Assembly: GCA_030265395.1 (NCBI GenBank)
Contig: JARFYF010000094.1
Location: forward strand, 38,795,841-38,859,840
DNA length: 64,000 nt
From: Rhina ancylostomus
Lineage: Eukaryota
Direction: 5' to 3'
The notes below the pieces were generated by a model. The model did no database searches. It was given only the letters and a program-made list of their open reading frames with translations, and was not told the DNA's origin. The translations under genes were made by a program, and so were the position numbers. How positions within the stretch are numbered: the stretch's first letter is position 1; each line of letters opens with the position of its first letter. Shown one piece after another: positions 40,831 through 56,502 of the stretch.

Positions 40831-41780
40831 GTATTGTGCCTGTAGAATAAAACTCTAATAATCTGGCATGTTTGGGACTTGGATGCTGAACTAGCAGATT
40901 TTCCAGATTATTGGATGTTATACCCAATACAACTTTAATTCATTTTATTTAAATATTGCATAGTATTTCCCAGTGAACCTGGCAAGTTTAAAAGGACCAT
41001 GGGGATTGGGCTCCTAGCATGTGGGAAGGGAGCACAGGGACTGGGGCCCTGATGTATTAATAGGAGTGCGGCAGACATCACCAAGTGAACCAGATGCTGA
41101 ACCATCAGGATTTCTGAAAGGTTGGATGGTGTATTTTAGAGTTTTGCTCTATTGGGAAATGGAGTGCCTGACTCATTGGCTCAATGGTAGCATTCTTGCC
41201 CATTTTTACACCAAGAGAAGCTTAAAAGGTTAAAACTGGTGTTACCTCAATTCACCGGAGTCTGTCCATAACATGATTCCAAATAACTTTGTCATTGTTA
41301 AGTAGTTGGAATCAGATTTCATGTTCTCACACTTGGGTGGGCAATGTTGTGAAGGTGGGGTAAGCTGTGGGGGTGGTGGGATTTGGAAATGAAGGTAGGT
41401 TTTAAAAAATTTTGTGCAATATTTAAACCAAGCACTGTCAGCAGCATTAGAGCCAAATAAACGGAGAGCAACATGTGTTTTGTAAATGATATAATTGTGT
41501 ATTGCTGAAGATTCCATTGATAATTATAAATATCAATAGCAATGTCATTCTGTTTTCTAATTATTTGAAGCCATGCCCCTGTTGTACAGAAATGAAAAGG
41601 AACATATTACCACTTCTACAATGTTGCCAAAGTATTTGAATGTTGCTGATTATGTGTTCAGAATGTGCATTTTTTAAAAATTCCATTAAGTGGAGTTAAG
41701 CTGTAGCATTTTTCTCTGTATTCTATGTTCCTATAAAATGCTGTAGTATGATTCTGTTTTCTTTTCATGTCATCTTGCAG

Positions 41781-44152
<2,372 letters not shown>

Positions 44153-44743
44153 CTGGAGGAATTTTGCTTCTAGTTAAGGGAGCACAAGACTTTTTTTTGC
44201 TTTTATCTGCAAAAGTGAAAGTTCAGAACCTTTTTTGTATTTTGACTTTGCTAACTTGTGGCAGAGCTGTGAGGACAGGTGGATATTTCAGACTTTTAGT
44301 ATAGCGTATCGCCTTTGTTGGACTTTTTTTTTAAAGAAGGCAGCTCCATTTATCTTGCTAAATGCCTCAGTTACTGTGCTTGATTATTCCTTTTTCTCTC
44401 TCCATTGCAGAACTCCCAAAAGTAAATCAATGATAGTCCAGGTACATGCTTTTAAAAGAACAACAAGCCTTTTGGAGGGTCACTCATTCACTAAAAGCTG
44501 TTTACCTTAATTATCAGTCACTGATGTATTTCCATGTTAGTTTTTTTTAGAATCTTGAAGCTGACATAGGGATTAGACCCTTTCATTCTTCTATTGAATG
44601 CTGTTAGCTAACTTAAATTGTATTGTTGTATCAACTATAATTTGCTCTTTTTTTGAAATTGAAAGCCCAAACACCTGTAAATTTTATTTGCCACCTTTGC
44701 TTGAATTAGTTTTACAACTTAGAAAAATGTGTGGTTAATATTT

Positions 44744-44765
44744 AATAAAACAGTAATAGAATAAA
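44744..44765 (+). terminator. Tandem AATAAA polyadenylation signals (candidate LRRN1 3' end)
   Basis: AATAAA at 44744-44749 and 44760-44765 in an AU-rich 3' UTR. A further AATAAA at 45469-45474 may be a distal site. Confidence 0.45.
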
Positions 44766-45689
44766 GTGCTTTAAAATGCTACATAAAAAGGTACATTTTA
44801 GGTGATTTTACTAAGGGACTTTAGCTGCCAGGTTTTTCTGAATGTCTCTAACTGCATTTAGTATCTATAGTTTAACATAATGAATTTTATTGTGAGAAGT
44901 AGATTGTGAAATGAGGACAAAACTACATTAAATCAGTTTTGATCTTGATTTTTATAGAGCTCTGAGTCTCTGATTAAAGTGTTATTCTCTGAGGTTATCC
45001 CTATCGTCTCTGCAGATTTCCTACACAGTGTGACATTTGACAAATTGAGGTGCTGATGCTAATTCCTTCCTGATTGCAGGGAAAAAAATTAAGCTGATCA
45101 TTAAAAGTGGGTCTGACACCCAGCAACTTCAATGAACCATTTCAGATAGAGGTTATTGTGAAATTGGGACTAGTGTCATGATTTTGATGAAGCATAATTT
45201 TCATAGTAGCAACCAAGGTTAAGTAATCTTCAATCTCTTTTAATGAACGTAAAATGGGAAAAGTAGATCTTAATATTTATAGCACTCCCCTTGAGTGAAG
45301 TCTAAAGGGTTGGCTACTGCTTGAACCCAATATGCTTTGGTGCTTTTTTTCTGTTCTATAGAGAATTAAGTAGAGTGTCTCCCAGTAGAAAAAGTATTAA
45401 CCCTCCTATGGCCTCAAATTTAGTTTACCATTTTGCTTCCTGAATCATCTCTCTGCCTAACTGAATGCAATAAACAAGACTATATTTTTGTCTGTAGCAA
45501 TAATCTTAAAACTTGTGCTGTGTTTTTGAAAGCAGCAACAGGGGTTCTGCAGGTTTACTATCATTAACATCTATGTTTCCAGTTTTGGCAAACAACAGGT
45601 TCCTACCTCACAACAAGCAGCTAAACTAAAGTTGCAGAAGATAGGATATTTCAATACTTGACCTTTTTATTCACATGCAGTTGAATGGC

Positions 45690-46090
45690 CACCAGCAATG
45701 GTGGTTCGAATGTTTTATAAATTGAGCCTGAAGTTTGTAAATCCACGGTTTGATCTTCCATCCTAAAAGTCTCCATTGAATTTGCGTCAGAGGCATGATC
45801 TGATGATGTGGTTGGTTTGTTTGATCCAGTTAACTGCATTCACAGACACAATTCTGTCTTAAATGGCCACGTCCTTCATCTTCCTTTTGGGTTCTGTTTA
45901 GAATTGCCTATGTCTTTCAAGGATCCCTGGGTTTCACTTGCCATTAGATCTTGAATCAGTTCCTTGTTTTCTATCCAGGCTTTGTTCCACTTGTTATCGC
46001 TGTTGAAATTGAGGAGAGGGTAGGATGACAAAAGATTCCTTGAAATCAGGCTGTGGGATGGGGCTGTAGTGAAGAACAATGGCTGTACCA
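45690..46090 (-). mobile_element. Possible Ingi/Vingi-type LINE C-terminal relic
   Basis: Minus-strand peptides LISRN..FNSDNKWNKAWIENKELIQD, a frameshifted CEC..QTNHIIRSC knuckle, and RKFNG. Confidence 0.45.
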
Positions 46091-46200
46091 AGCCACTGAA
46101 TCACTTCCTACAAATAAATAATGCATTGGAAATCTAGTTTGTGGCAATATTTTATGCTGTCCTCAAGGCTTTTTACAACTAATAGCTTCAATAAGAGTAC

Positions 46201-46530
46201 AGTGGCATAGTGGTTAGGTTGCTAGACTGGTATCCAGAGGCCTGGGCCATTGATTGAGAAACTAGTTCAAAATCTGTTGCCATAGTTAAAGAAGTTGAAT
46301 TCAAGCGATTTTTAAATCTTGAATACTAGCATCAGTAATGGTATTCATGAAGTTACTGGATTGTTGTAAAAACTAATCAAACTCATTAATGTCTTTTGGG
46401 GAAAGAAATCTGTCAGTTTTTTCCTATTTTGCCGAGTTGTGTCTCCGGACCCACAAACTTTTTACTGCTTCCTTGGGTAAGAGGCAATAATGCATGGATA
46501 ATAANNNNNNNNNNNNNCCACGTTCATAAA
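46201..46530 (+). mobile_element. tRNA-derived SINE (family of 4179-4530)
   Basis: A box GTGGCATAGTGGTTAG, B-box-like AGTTCAAAATC, body TACTGGATTGTTGTAAAAAC. Confidence 0.65.
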
Positions 46531-47762
46531 AGGAAGAAACTTCCCACAAAAACAGAGCCTCAGCTTTATTTCCTGAACATATCAGTACTATTTTAAAAGG
46601 TGCAAATTTCATATTTACAGAAGAATTAAAGGATTCCCAGGTCTGTAAAATGGTTTGAAACCAAGATATTGCTAATTGTGATTGGCACAGCATAACTGTC
46701 ATGAATATGTTAATTTTTGATTTAATAAACACTTGCTTTTTACAATATTCATAGGTAGCCATCACTCCTTTGTTCTGAGGGTACAATGGGTTCTCTATAG
46801 ACACTCCTCATTCTCAATATTGTTGAAGAGAGCGGCCAACAGGAATTTGGCTGGTGAAAGTAAAAGAAAACTGAGTGAAACCTTTCTATCAATTGGTTTG
46901 TGGGGTGGGGCTGACTTTATTATTATTCTGGTACTTCCAGCCTTGCTAAGATGTTGCAAAGTAGGACATTGCATTGCTTTGATCCTACAGCTTTGTTCTT
47001 GGAGCAGATTGATGATTTTTAAAGTTGATACCCTGATTTAAGCTCAACTGATTTTATTCCATTCTGAAAACTCAGTTTTGATGCAGAGGAATGAGGTGTT
47101 CATATTTGATTGTCATCTTTAAAACACTCCTTTCAGATTACTTGCCTTCTCCCTTAAATTTAAGTCTGACTATCTATTGTATTTAAAACTTGCCAGAAGG
47201 GATTGTGTCAAACCCAGGCACAGGAATTTTGTTTTGCTGGCAGAAAGTAGCACTGTATGGAAAATTCTGCTGGTTCTTTGCAGAAGAAACATTCAATGCA
47301 AGGTTGTTTTATTCACTGAAGGTAATCGACTAATTATACATAGTGTTTCTTTGACACTATACATCCTACTTGTCTCTTTGTCACATTGGCATTTGTAATT
47401 GGGTTTTGATCTGTGGGGTGGGTTTTTAATCTGTGCAACTATATTTAATTTCAAAGAAAATTTGGCACCTGATGAAGTATCTGTAAGCATTTTGGTGCAT
47501 GCAAAATTAATGCAAAATTGAGGTTTAAATGATGACAAGTATTGGTGTTTGCTGTCACTGCTTTTGTTAAATTACAGCAACTTGTATTGACCATGCATAC
47601 AATTAACTGCAGAGATTAGTGTCAGAGAGGCTCTACTAACCACAGGCTCCTCCATCAACATCTTTGCTGATGCATCTAACACAATCTTAAATGTTTTTTC
47701 ATAGTAAAAAATATGATCTGAAAAGCATTACGCTTTATTGAGTGAGGGAGATTTTAATAAGC

Positions 47763-48206
47763 TGTAGCGGCTAGCTACACTGAATAAAGACACGGGACAA
47801 TTGCTTGGAGTCCAAGAGTCGAATGATCGACTGGGGTGCGCTGCCCCTTTAATAAATACCGTTCCCGTGCTGACGTCACGCGCANNNNNNNNNNNNNNNN
47901 NNNNNNNNNNNNNNNNNNNNNNNNNNNNNNNNNNNNNNNNNNNNNNNNNNNNNNNNNNNNNNNNNNNNNNNNNNNNNNNNNNNNACACGAGACACTTGTT
48001 TGGAGTCCAAGAGTCGAATGAACGACTGGGGTGCGCTGCCCCTTTAATAAACACCGTTCCCATGCTGATGTCACGCACAGGTCATGTGACCTTCCCACAC
48101 ACAGGCTCCACTAGCCCACAAAGAAGGAGTGCCCCGCGCCATCTTGTGTCGGGGCCTCCGACGCTCGCGATCGTGGGAGCCGGTTCGTGAAAGGTAAGTC
48201 GCCACA
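47763..48206 (-). mobile_element. LTR element (TG...CA ends, 4-bp TSD) with a 100-N internal gap
   Basis: Starts TGTAGCG and ends CGCCACA (imperfect terminal inverted repeat). AAGC flanks at 47759-47762 and 48207-48210. CpG-rich. A 95-bp segment is present on both sides of the gap. Confidence 0.75.
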
Positions 48207-50947
48207 AAGCCATAATTCCTTTCTGCATTGTCATTCCTGCCATTTTGGTAAAAGTCACAGATTTTAAAATATTTTGACTTAGAAATTGATTTGCTCTCAT
48301 TTTGGGCATAACCAGATCCTAAATGGATTGGTAGGAGACGATGGCCGCTGCAACTTTCTTCTTGGAGCTACAGTTAATTGATGGCTGTTTCTGGAACAAC
48401 CATGCGTCATTAACCATGCAGTGAAAGGGACGCCCCTGTAAGGTTAGCCCCTCTGCTTGCCTCTATAGCCAGTCCAACCTCCCACCGAACACAAGCTTCC
48501 CCAGCTCCCAACTCTATTGCTCCAATCCCAGGCATCTGAATACAAATCACAGCACCCCTCTCATTTCCATGCAGTCCCCCTTGTCAACCTCTTTCCTGCC
48601 CACTCCACAACCTTAGCTCTGCTCACTTCACTTCATTGCAACTCCAGTCCATGAGGGCACCTCACTGCCCCCAACCACTCTCCACCAACATTGCCATTTG
48701 CTATGATACTGATACTCCCAGGCTATCACTGAGCACCAGACTCCCAGACAACAGATCATACAGTTTTTGACCTTGAAAATGTGCAATGCATTGCAGGTCA
48801 CACCAAAACAGCAGGAATCTCAGCCACTAGTTCACAAGCTAAATGGCTGGTTGCCCATTAAGTGACATTACCACAGTATTATGGGGTTCTCCAATAATGA
48901 GACCTCTATTTTGATAATGAATCCTCTGATGTATCCCACTCATGTTCCAAACTTTATTTTTCTTTCTCTAAAATAACAGTTTTACAATCCAGCATTTTAT
49001 TCCCTGCTTTTGCCAGCCATAGCTGGAGAAATCTTCAATCTAATTGTTGGTTCTGCTTGGTGAGTTCGCTGCTGTTGGATATGGAGATCTGTGATAGATG
49101 GCAAGCATCAGAATAGAGGAAATCATTTCAGTGTCGGCAATTGGCACAAAGGTTCACTACTGCTGATAAATCCTCCCATGGATGTTTGCAATGTAAGTAC
49201 CTATCTGTTTATAAGACTTTAAAATTGAATTCCTCAAAATTTTATGTTAGAAAAAAGTCTTCATGTAGGCACTGTATTTAGTACTTTAGACAATTCTGCA
49301 ATCCACAAAAAAATCACTAGGTTGACTAATTTTATATTTTAACTATCTCCTGAAGACAGCAACAATGAGGCATCAGAGCTGCGCGGCATCTGCAAGTGGA
49401 CCACTAGTTCTAGGCCTAAAGTGGCCCAGAGTTGTTAAGAGGGATGGGATAACAATGAAGTTGCAATTGCTAGTCCCATTCACTGTGCATGATAGGCAGA
49501 TGTTATGATCTTAACCAGAAGTGTCTGTGGAGAAGATTGCAACATGTGAAAATTATTATCATTATGGCAGAGTGTATATGCAAAATAGTGTACCAGTGGG
49601 GACATCTGAGTTCACACATGGATGAAGACTGGCTCCTTTTTAGACTGTCAGTTTAAAAATGAAGTTTAAAACGATCTGATGTTTAGATGCAGAACAGAGG
49701 TATGGTCCATATTGATGACATTGTTACAAGTGTAAATGGCATTACAATATTTGCCATCCTCTGGTGTTTCACAACTGGAAGTGTCTTATCCGAGGTGAAG
49801 ACTCTGAGAAATGGCAACAAATGTGTTAAATCATGCACAAAATGGATTTCATGCATGAAATGGGGTGCCTTGGCACCTGTCCTGAATTAAATATTTTCCT
49901 GTGGATTTCTAGCGTAAATACTAATGGGCAAAGTAATGCAATATCTGCACTTATTTTTCAATGTGCCCTTGTCTATTTCAAGACTGCCACATTCCTCCTG
50001 GCCACTTTTGTTTTCCTAGCATCATTGTAGAAAATTTGTGTTGACTTTGGCGAGGGATGTTACTTATTTATTTGTATCTCTAATCTGTCCATTTTTTTTT
50101 AGTTCAGTCTGGCATCAAGTTCCTGACTGTTCATTCCTCTGTGGGTGAGAGTATGGAAGGTCAGCTGGACCTGAGGAAACCCAAGCAGCTTCTTGTTATT
50201 GCTGGATCACAGGAATAGGAGGAACCATTGCAAAAGAGAACAGATTTACCTTTAAACACTGAAGTCTTGTTTTGAAAATGAGCTCTGAATTGACACCTCA
50301 CTCATCCTTCTGGCAATAATAAAATAAGTAAAGGTTTTGGTTGGCAGGGAGGGAGGAGTGCAGTGGAAGGTGAACAACAGGAGGTTGCTTCTCCTGCAGT
50401 TCTTCTACCTTGCCAGGGAGTACCACCCAGACCTGAAATTTGGACCCTGCCCATTATATTGTGTGCACCTCTTCAGCTCGCTTAAGTTGCCAGATCTTGG
50501 CCCAAATGTCTCACTAGTAGCGACAGGCATTGAGCTGATGCATGTTTGGTTGTAGTTTTTGGTGGGAGGAGTGCACAGAGAGCAGAAAAGGGCACTGTGA
50601 TGTATATTGGGTCCAGTGATTTGCTTTGAATCCTGGTTCCATAGATTTTATTTCAGGGAAGTTAAATTGAAAGAATTTTTACCACCATGGTAGTTTGGAG
50701 CTTTGCAAACCTAAAGGAATATTGGAATTATTTTCCTGTCTGCTGGAGTATTGGCTCATAATTACTTTGCATTGTCAATCAATGCTGGAATTTAAATTCA
50801 TGCAAAAACGCAGAGAGCTTGCACAGCAGCCAATGTCACTTCACCTTGAGTTCCTCTTAAAGTTGCAGCTAGGCTGTTGTGTTTAGTCTTTTTAGAAGAA
50901 TAAGCACTTTCTACAGAATTTTCTACTGCCAGTGCCTTTCACCTTAT

Positions 50948-51554
50948 TGTTGTGAGAGAGGTTCTTTTGGGATCTAAAAGGTATCTGGACACAGTCTTTG
51001 TACTTTAAAAGGAGGATTTTTATTTACAAAGACAGACACAGGAACAGGATGGAAAGGGACAAATGCACATTCGCACACTCTCAAGCGCGAGATCACAAAT
51101 GTGAAGGGAATCACAACAGGGTGAGGTGAGCGCGCGCGCACACACGTTACAAATGATCAGAGAATAAACAATACAATGTTTGAACACCCTGATATTATGG
51201 ACAAATATTGGCTCTTTGTTCTCAGGAGTCCTTAACTAACTGCCCTGAAGTAGCGCACAGCTCACCTCAACATCCTTGGAGACGGAAAGATGTAGAAAAC
51301 CAAACATGGAGCACTTTTATACTGCCGGGGGACTGGGTGGTCCAGCAAAGACAAAGGTGTTTAAATGAGCCAATGGTAGGTGTGCCTAGGAACAAAGGTG
51401 TTCGCAAAGACTTTGACAGTGGTGTCACTTTTGGCCATGTGCTCAATGGTGTCATCCCAGCCATGGTGTTCAGTGTTGTCATGGTCACATGACAGCAATG
51501 ACCTTTTCATGGTCACATGATAGCCATGACCTTTTACACTAATACACTGTAACA
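50948..51554 (-). mobile_element. Solo LTR
   Basis: TGTTGTG...TGTAACA ends. On the minus strand it has TATAAAA and an AATAAA-containing 3' part. Homologous in reverse to 54915-55533. Confidence 0.7.
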
Positions 51555-52681
51555 ACTTCTGTTAATTTCATGCCTGATACAATCTCTGCTCCAACCTCTC
51601 AGCCAACCTAGCCCATTTGTCATGTTACCCCAAAGCAGAGTTCCCATGTGGAACTCTTCACTTTCTCCGATACTGTTCCCCTATGAGTAGGTTCAATTGG
51701 TCTAGTCTCTGAGACAGAAAAGCCTGGGTTTGAGTTCTGTACCAATGATTTGGAATTATACCTGATTTTCTGGAGCAGCTGCAGTATTGTGGGGGGTGCC
51801 ATTTTAACTAAAGGACAGTTAAAGTTGCCTTGAATGGGTGCAAAAGATTCCATGGGCCTATTCTAAAGAGCAGACTTGTTATTCCAGGTATGCCAGCCAG
51901 CATTATCCCAGTCAGTATTCCTAATAAGGAATGGATATCTGATGGTGGTGATTACAATGGTTTGTTGACTGTAAAATGCATTACTCAGACCAACATAAAG
52001 GAAGATTGGGAAAGAGAATGAAGGAACATTTGATGTGAAGCATAGCATTCAGGTGGAAATGTGATGTTGAAACTACTTCACTCTGCACACAATAACCATA
52101 ATTATTACTTGACCCCGACTACAGTGACAACTGCAGAATAGCTGGCCAGATCAGCTTGGTGTATGTTCAGTGTTCTGGCTATCATTGCACATGTGACTCT
52201 CCTGGATGAACTTATGAAAATACATGGGGATCTTTCAATTCATCCAGATACCAATGTTGTTTCACCAATTGTCCTAAAACACAATACAGCAGAGAAAGTG
52301 GAGCTACTGCTATAATCTAACAAATGCATTAACCAAAAGTGGACACCCTAGAGCCCTATAAGAGGTAATGCATTAATGACAAAATAGTCTGTTCAAATCG
52401 TGCTGGTTGAGAGGCCAAATTCTTGCAATAAAGTTTTCCCATGTCTGCAAGCCAGTTCAAAACCATAATGGTGTGAGGATGGACACTGCCCATGCAGTGC
52501 AACATATGTTTAAGTTCAGCAGATATTCCCTTGTGTTTGAGCATTATTAAAGAGGCTTCTGTTAATAGAAATGTGATTGGAACCCTGTTTGTTTTCATCC
52601 TGTAGTCTGAAAATGGTTTGTGCTCTTCAATTAGTGCAATGGAACTTGTCTCTTCATGAACCCCACTGCCAAAAGCAGAGC

Positions 52682-52810
52682 AGAAGGGTCCTGACCAGAA
52701 ACATTGACTGCCTGCTTTTCTCTATGGATGCTGTCTGGCCTGCTGAGTTCCTCCAGCAGCATAGAGTTTTTCATCTAGATTCCAGCATCTGCAGTCCTGC
52801 TTCTCTCTTA
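52682..52810 (+). mobile_element. Penelope-type terminal repeat, truncated inside the hammerhead motif
   Basis: AGAAGGGTCCTGACCAGAAACATTGACTG...GATGCTGTCTGGCCTGCTGAGTTCCTCCAGC...GATTCCAGCATCTGCAG. Confidence 0.8.
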
Positions 52811-53049
52811 TTCTAAGGTAGAGTTGTTATATTCATAGCCATATCAAGAGTATGAAATGGTTTTACACCATAATTTTTTACACTTTGACAATCTTAAATT
52901 AATTTGAATGATGTTTTAAATTAGTTTTATTAGAACTTCTATCTGTTTGCCTTAGGTTTGTCCTGTTTAAATTGCAAATTTACTGGAAAAGTGAAAATGG
53001 CCTCTAAGAATTTTGGCACAATTTTGAACAATGCAATTTTAATAAGCCC

Positions 53050-54450
53050 TTCAAGGAAGATCATAGGAAATATATGAAAATTCTCATGGTCCCATCTCTA
53101 ATAAAGGACATAATATTACTTTCACAAGCCCCATTGCTTTCTTATTTAAAGTTGTATTGCACATCCTGATCAGTTGAGACACCAAAAACCACAATTCAAG
53201 TATGACAAAGACCTCATTAATCTTTTACAGTGGCATTTTGCTTCATTCAAATGTTCCAAAAGCAAAGAATAAAATGGAACATTCAGGCTTCTGTCAAGCA
53301 GATCAAGCCCTATCGAAACTCTATTCAACTCATTTAAACACCTGAGGGAAATAAGTAAGCAAAGAAGATAATTTGACCTCCGATTGTTCCCTAATTCTCC
53401 AAAGTGATCTATCAATAGTGCAGTATATCAACTCTAACACTATAGATACTTTATTCAACCAGTTACTCTCTCAGCTACCATTTCTAAGAGTTCCTGAACA
53501 GCTGAGACAATAAAGAGATTTGAGTGATTAGTCATTTGTGTATAATATGCTGAGAGTTTAGACAGGGTTGTTGAGGATAGCCATTCTCTCTGATAGTCAT
53601 CTCCAAAAACCATTTGTTTTAAACCTTGTGCAATAAAATATTATTGCATAATTAGCCAACTCTATCATTTACCATCTGATGGCCCATTTATGACTGTCAT
53701 AAAACATGGCTGTTCAACCTGTTCCATGTTTATTGCATTGTAAGTCCTTATGTTTTTAAAAGAAGTCATTGTTACAAAATATAATGAAATCGTAGGGTCT
53801 ATTATTGAACTGAAATCCAGGGGTCCGGATAAATAATCCACTGTGGCATTTATGTTTTCACTTACAGCCTGTAAGGAAAAGAAAGCTGAGTATAAATTAT
53901 TGCAACCCCTGACCAAATTCATGGCATGAAGTACTATGGCACACCATCAGAAACCGGATGATCGGGCCAGCTGGGGTGGGGTAAGGACAATATTCATGTC
54001 CCAAGGATGAATTAAGACAAAAACTGAGTTGCAAGATGCATTAGCACTCCCTGTAGATTAGAAACCTCACAGATGTGAAGCATCTGAAACCTGCTTGTAC
54101 AGCCAGACAGTTTGTAATGCAGGAACACAGACCATGATGTACAAGTGTTTAGAAGGGCACTTGGAGAGCTTTGCCTATAACTTGCATGATGTAAGCAAGG
54201 TAAAGGCCTAACAACCATTTTGTCTGCATCATTTTCCTTATCATCCATTTCCACAGAGGCATCCATTTATTCACTGTTCTATGAATCAGCGTGCCTTATT
54301 ATGTAGGAGAGCGGTAACAAATCACCATTGACCTCAGAATGCTACATTACTTCTCCATGGCCTATTTGGTTGGTATCAGTGGGTCAAAAGTTGTGAATTA
54401 AAATCCTGTCTTCCAGCAAAATCCTATCTCCATGCAGTTTTAAGGGAATT
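53050..54450 (-). mobile_element. Possible highly degraded L1/Tx1 ORF2 relic
   Basis: Minus-strand peptides ..QDFNS.. (EN GDFN-like), NNLYS..VDYL and IGLDLLDRSLNVPFYSLLLEHL (LDxEKAFDRVxWxFL-like) in the expected order. Confidence 0.35.
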
Positions 54451-54914
54451 TGACGTTTTAAATTGTGTCCAGATTGGTTTAAAAATAAAATTAGAACCAA
54501 CAAGTGCATCATGAAGGAGATGCCTTGAGTGCCTCCAAATACTATTGGATGCTTTTACAGAAAAGTAGCTTAATGTATTGTTCAGGTCCTCATAAAGTAT
54601 ACAGTGTTGAGGAGGATTGCTCTTTTGAGCTTAAAAGGGGGTGGGGAACCACCTTGAAGCAAAAGGGGAGCTCAGGGTCATATTGGTATATGTCCTTTTT
54701 TTTTCTCTTCTCCATCTCTTTCAAAGACAGTAACTCTCACAATTGCAATTGTCGATGTCCCATATGCCCAGGAACCCTTACAGTGATTGGCAATTCTGGA
54801 ACAGTAGCTTTTCAGTAAAAGACTCCAAAAAATGCCACTCCCTATTGAACAAAACCCTTGTCTCTCTATGTTCACCAACCTAACATACGCAGATGTTCAA
54901 AAAGGATTTATTTC

Positions 54915-55533
54915 TGATAGCTATGTGGAATGTGAAAGGTCATGGCTGTCATGTGACACCACTGTCAATCAGGGTCTAGCCCCACCCAGCCATTAGCAGC
55001 ACACTTCTGACCGTTGGTCCCTGTGCACACCTCTCATACCTGGCCACGACCCATTGGACTTCTTGAATTACCTGAACTAGCTCCACCCAGCTCTCTAGCA
55101 CAATAAAGGATGCCACGTGTGTGGCCCTTCCTCTTTTGATTGCTGCCGGGGTCGAAACCACATTGATGGACCACTGGTAAGAGTGTGCGCATGCACAGGG
55201 GTTTAGGAGCGTTTTTAAGTAGATTCCCAGTAGTGTAGAGCCGTTGCTTGTCCCGGAGGCAGGGAGGGGTTCAGGCACCATATTACATTTTTCCCTGACC
55301 ATTTGTAATGAGCTTACTGTGTGTGTGTTTGTGTGTGTTTGCGTGTGTGTACTTCACCCCCATTGTGACTCCCTTCACATTCTGTGATAACCCTAGTGCG
55401 TTCATGTGAGTGTGCATCCGTTCCCGTCATCCTGTTCCTGTGTTTGTCTTTGTAAATAAATTCTTTTTAAAATCCAAAGACTGTATCCGGATTCCTCTGC
55501 TTTTGAGACCCGAAAGAATCTTTTCCCACAACA
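54915..55533 (+). mobile_element. Solo LTR (same family as 50948-51554)
   Basis: TG start, shared AAAGGTCATGGCTGTCATGTGAC, 3' part CATCCTGTTCCTGTGTTTGTCTTTGTAAATAAA...CCCACAACA. No TGG primer-binding site follows. Confidence 0.7.
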
Positions 55534-56148
55534 TATTATAATCTGATTCATGATCTTTTGCAATATATCCCCAACATGGCCAAGAAGCCACCTTGTAGGA
55601 CTCCTTTATTTCCGACATGGCAGTAATTCCAGTCTTCTTGGCTTACAGTCCAAGAAACACTGATTTGCTGTGTCCAGCTGGTTCTGTCTCTGTCTGACTG
55701 ATGGGTGTCCAGAGCAATTTAAACCTGGCCTGCAGCCATTAATATAGTCTGTGTGTATGTTGGGTACCTCCAAGAGCTGAGGTAAGTCATATGGTATAAC
55801 TGCTGTGTTGTTTTCCCCAAATACTGGGCAGTTAGTTATCATTTGGTGCCTTGAATAAGTGATGTGGTTGTAAAGCCTCACCTCATCCTGAATGCTTTGT
55901 TGCTTCATTGCTATGAAGAAATCTACAGATACAGCAACTGATGACAAAAGTAGTGACCCAGCATGAATGGCCAATGGAATTCTCTGAGGTAGAGTGCACA
56001 GGAAAAGGATAGTATGACAATAGCAGGTATTGAACACTGGGCATGACCAGGAGCCCTCAAAGTATGAATAGACTGAACGGTTTCTATATCTGAGCAGAGT
56101 GGAGATGTTCTTTGAGCCAATAATATTGCTGAAGTTTCAGCAGAGGAC

Positions 56149-56502
56149 ATGGAACAGAGGAATTTGGTGGTGCATAAAAAGAGGGAAGCAATATTGCTGC
56201 TGGTGGTAGATTTAGCGACATTCACAACACTTGTGAGTTTACTGAACCGCGACCTACAACGGAAGTGTTGTACAAAGATGTATTTGACACTAAGAAAACA
56301 TTTTATTGTGATACCACCAGAAATCTATGAAAGATATAAATTTGTCACATGCATCTGGGGACTGGAGAAGACAGTTGGTGAGTTCATTGTCCGATTAAAG
56401 AAGTTAGCAATGAAGTGCAACTTTCAGACCTTGGTGGATTGGATGTTGCAAGGGCGGTAGGTGTATGGACTCACCTATGGACAGATTCAAATGAAGTATT
56501 TG
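56149..56502 (+). mobile_element. Gypsy (Mag/K02A2.6-like) gag relic
   Basis: KREAILL..LATFTTLVSLL..LRKHF..PEIYERYKF..TVGEFIVRLKKLAMKCNF..MLQGR*VYGL matches the retrotransposon gag pattern. Confidence 0.75.

Noticed and set aside
55600-56100. Possible Harbinger/PIF transposase relic on the minus strand (EVRLYNHITYSRH...)
   Set aside because: Only one weak motif and no TIRs; too little to call.
54915-56502. LTR plus downstream gag as one intact LTR retrotransposon
   Set aside because: No primer-binding site after the LTR, ~600 bp of unrelated sequence between them, and no matching direct-orientation second LTR.
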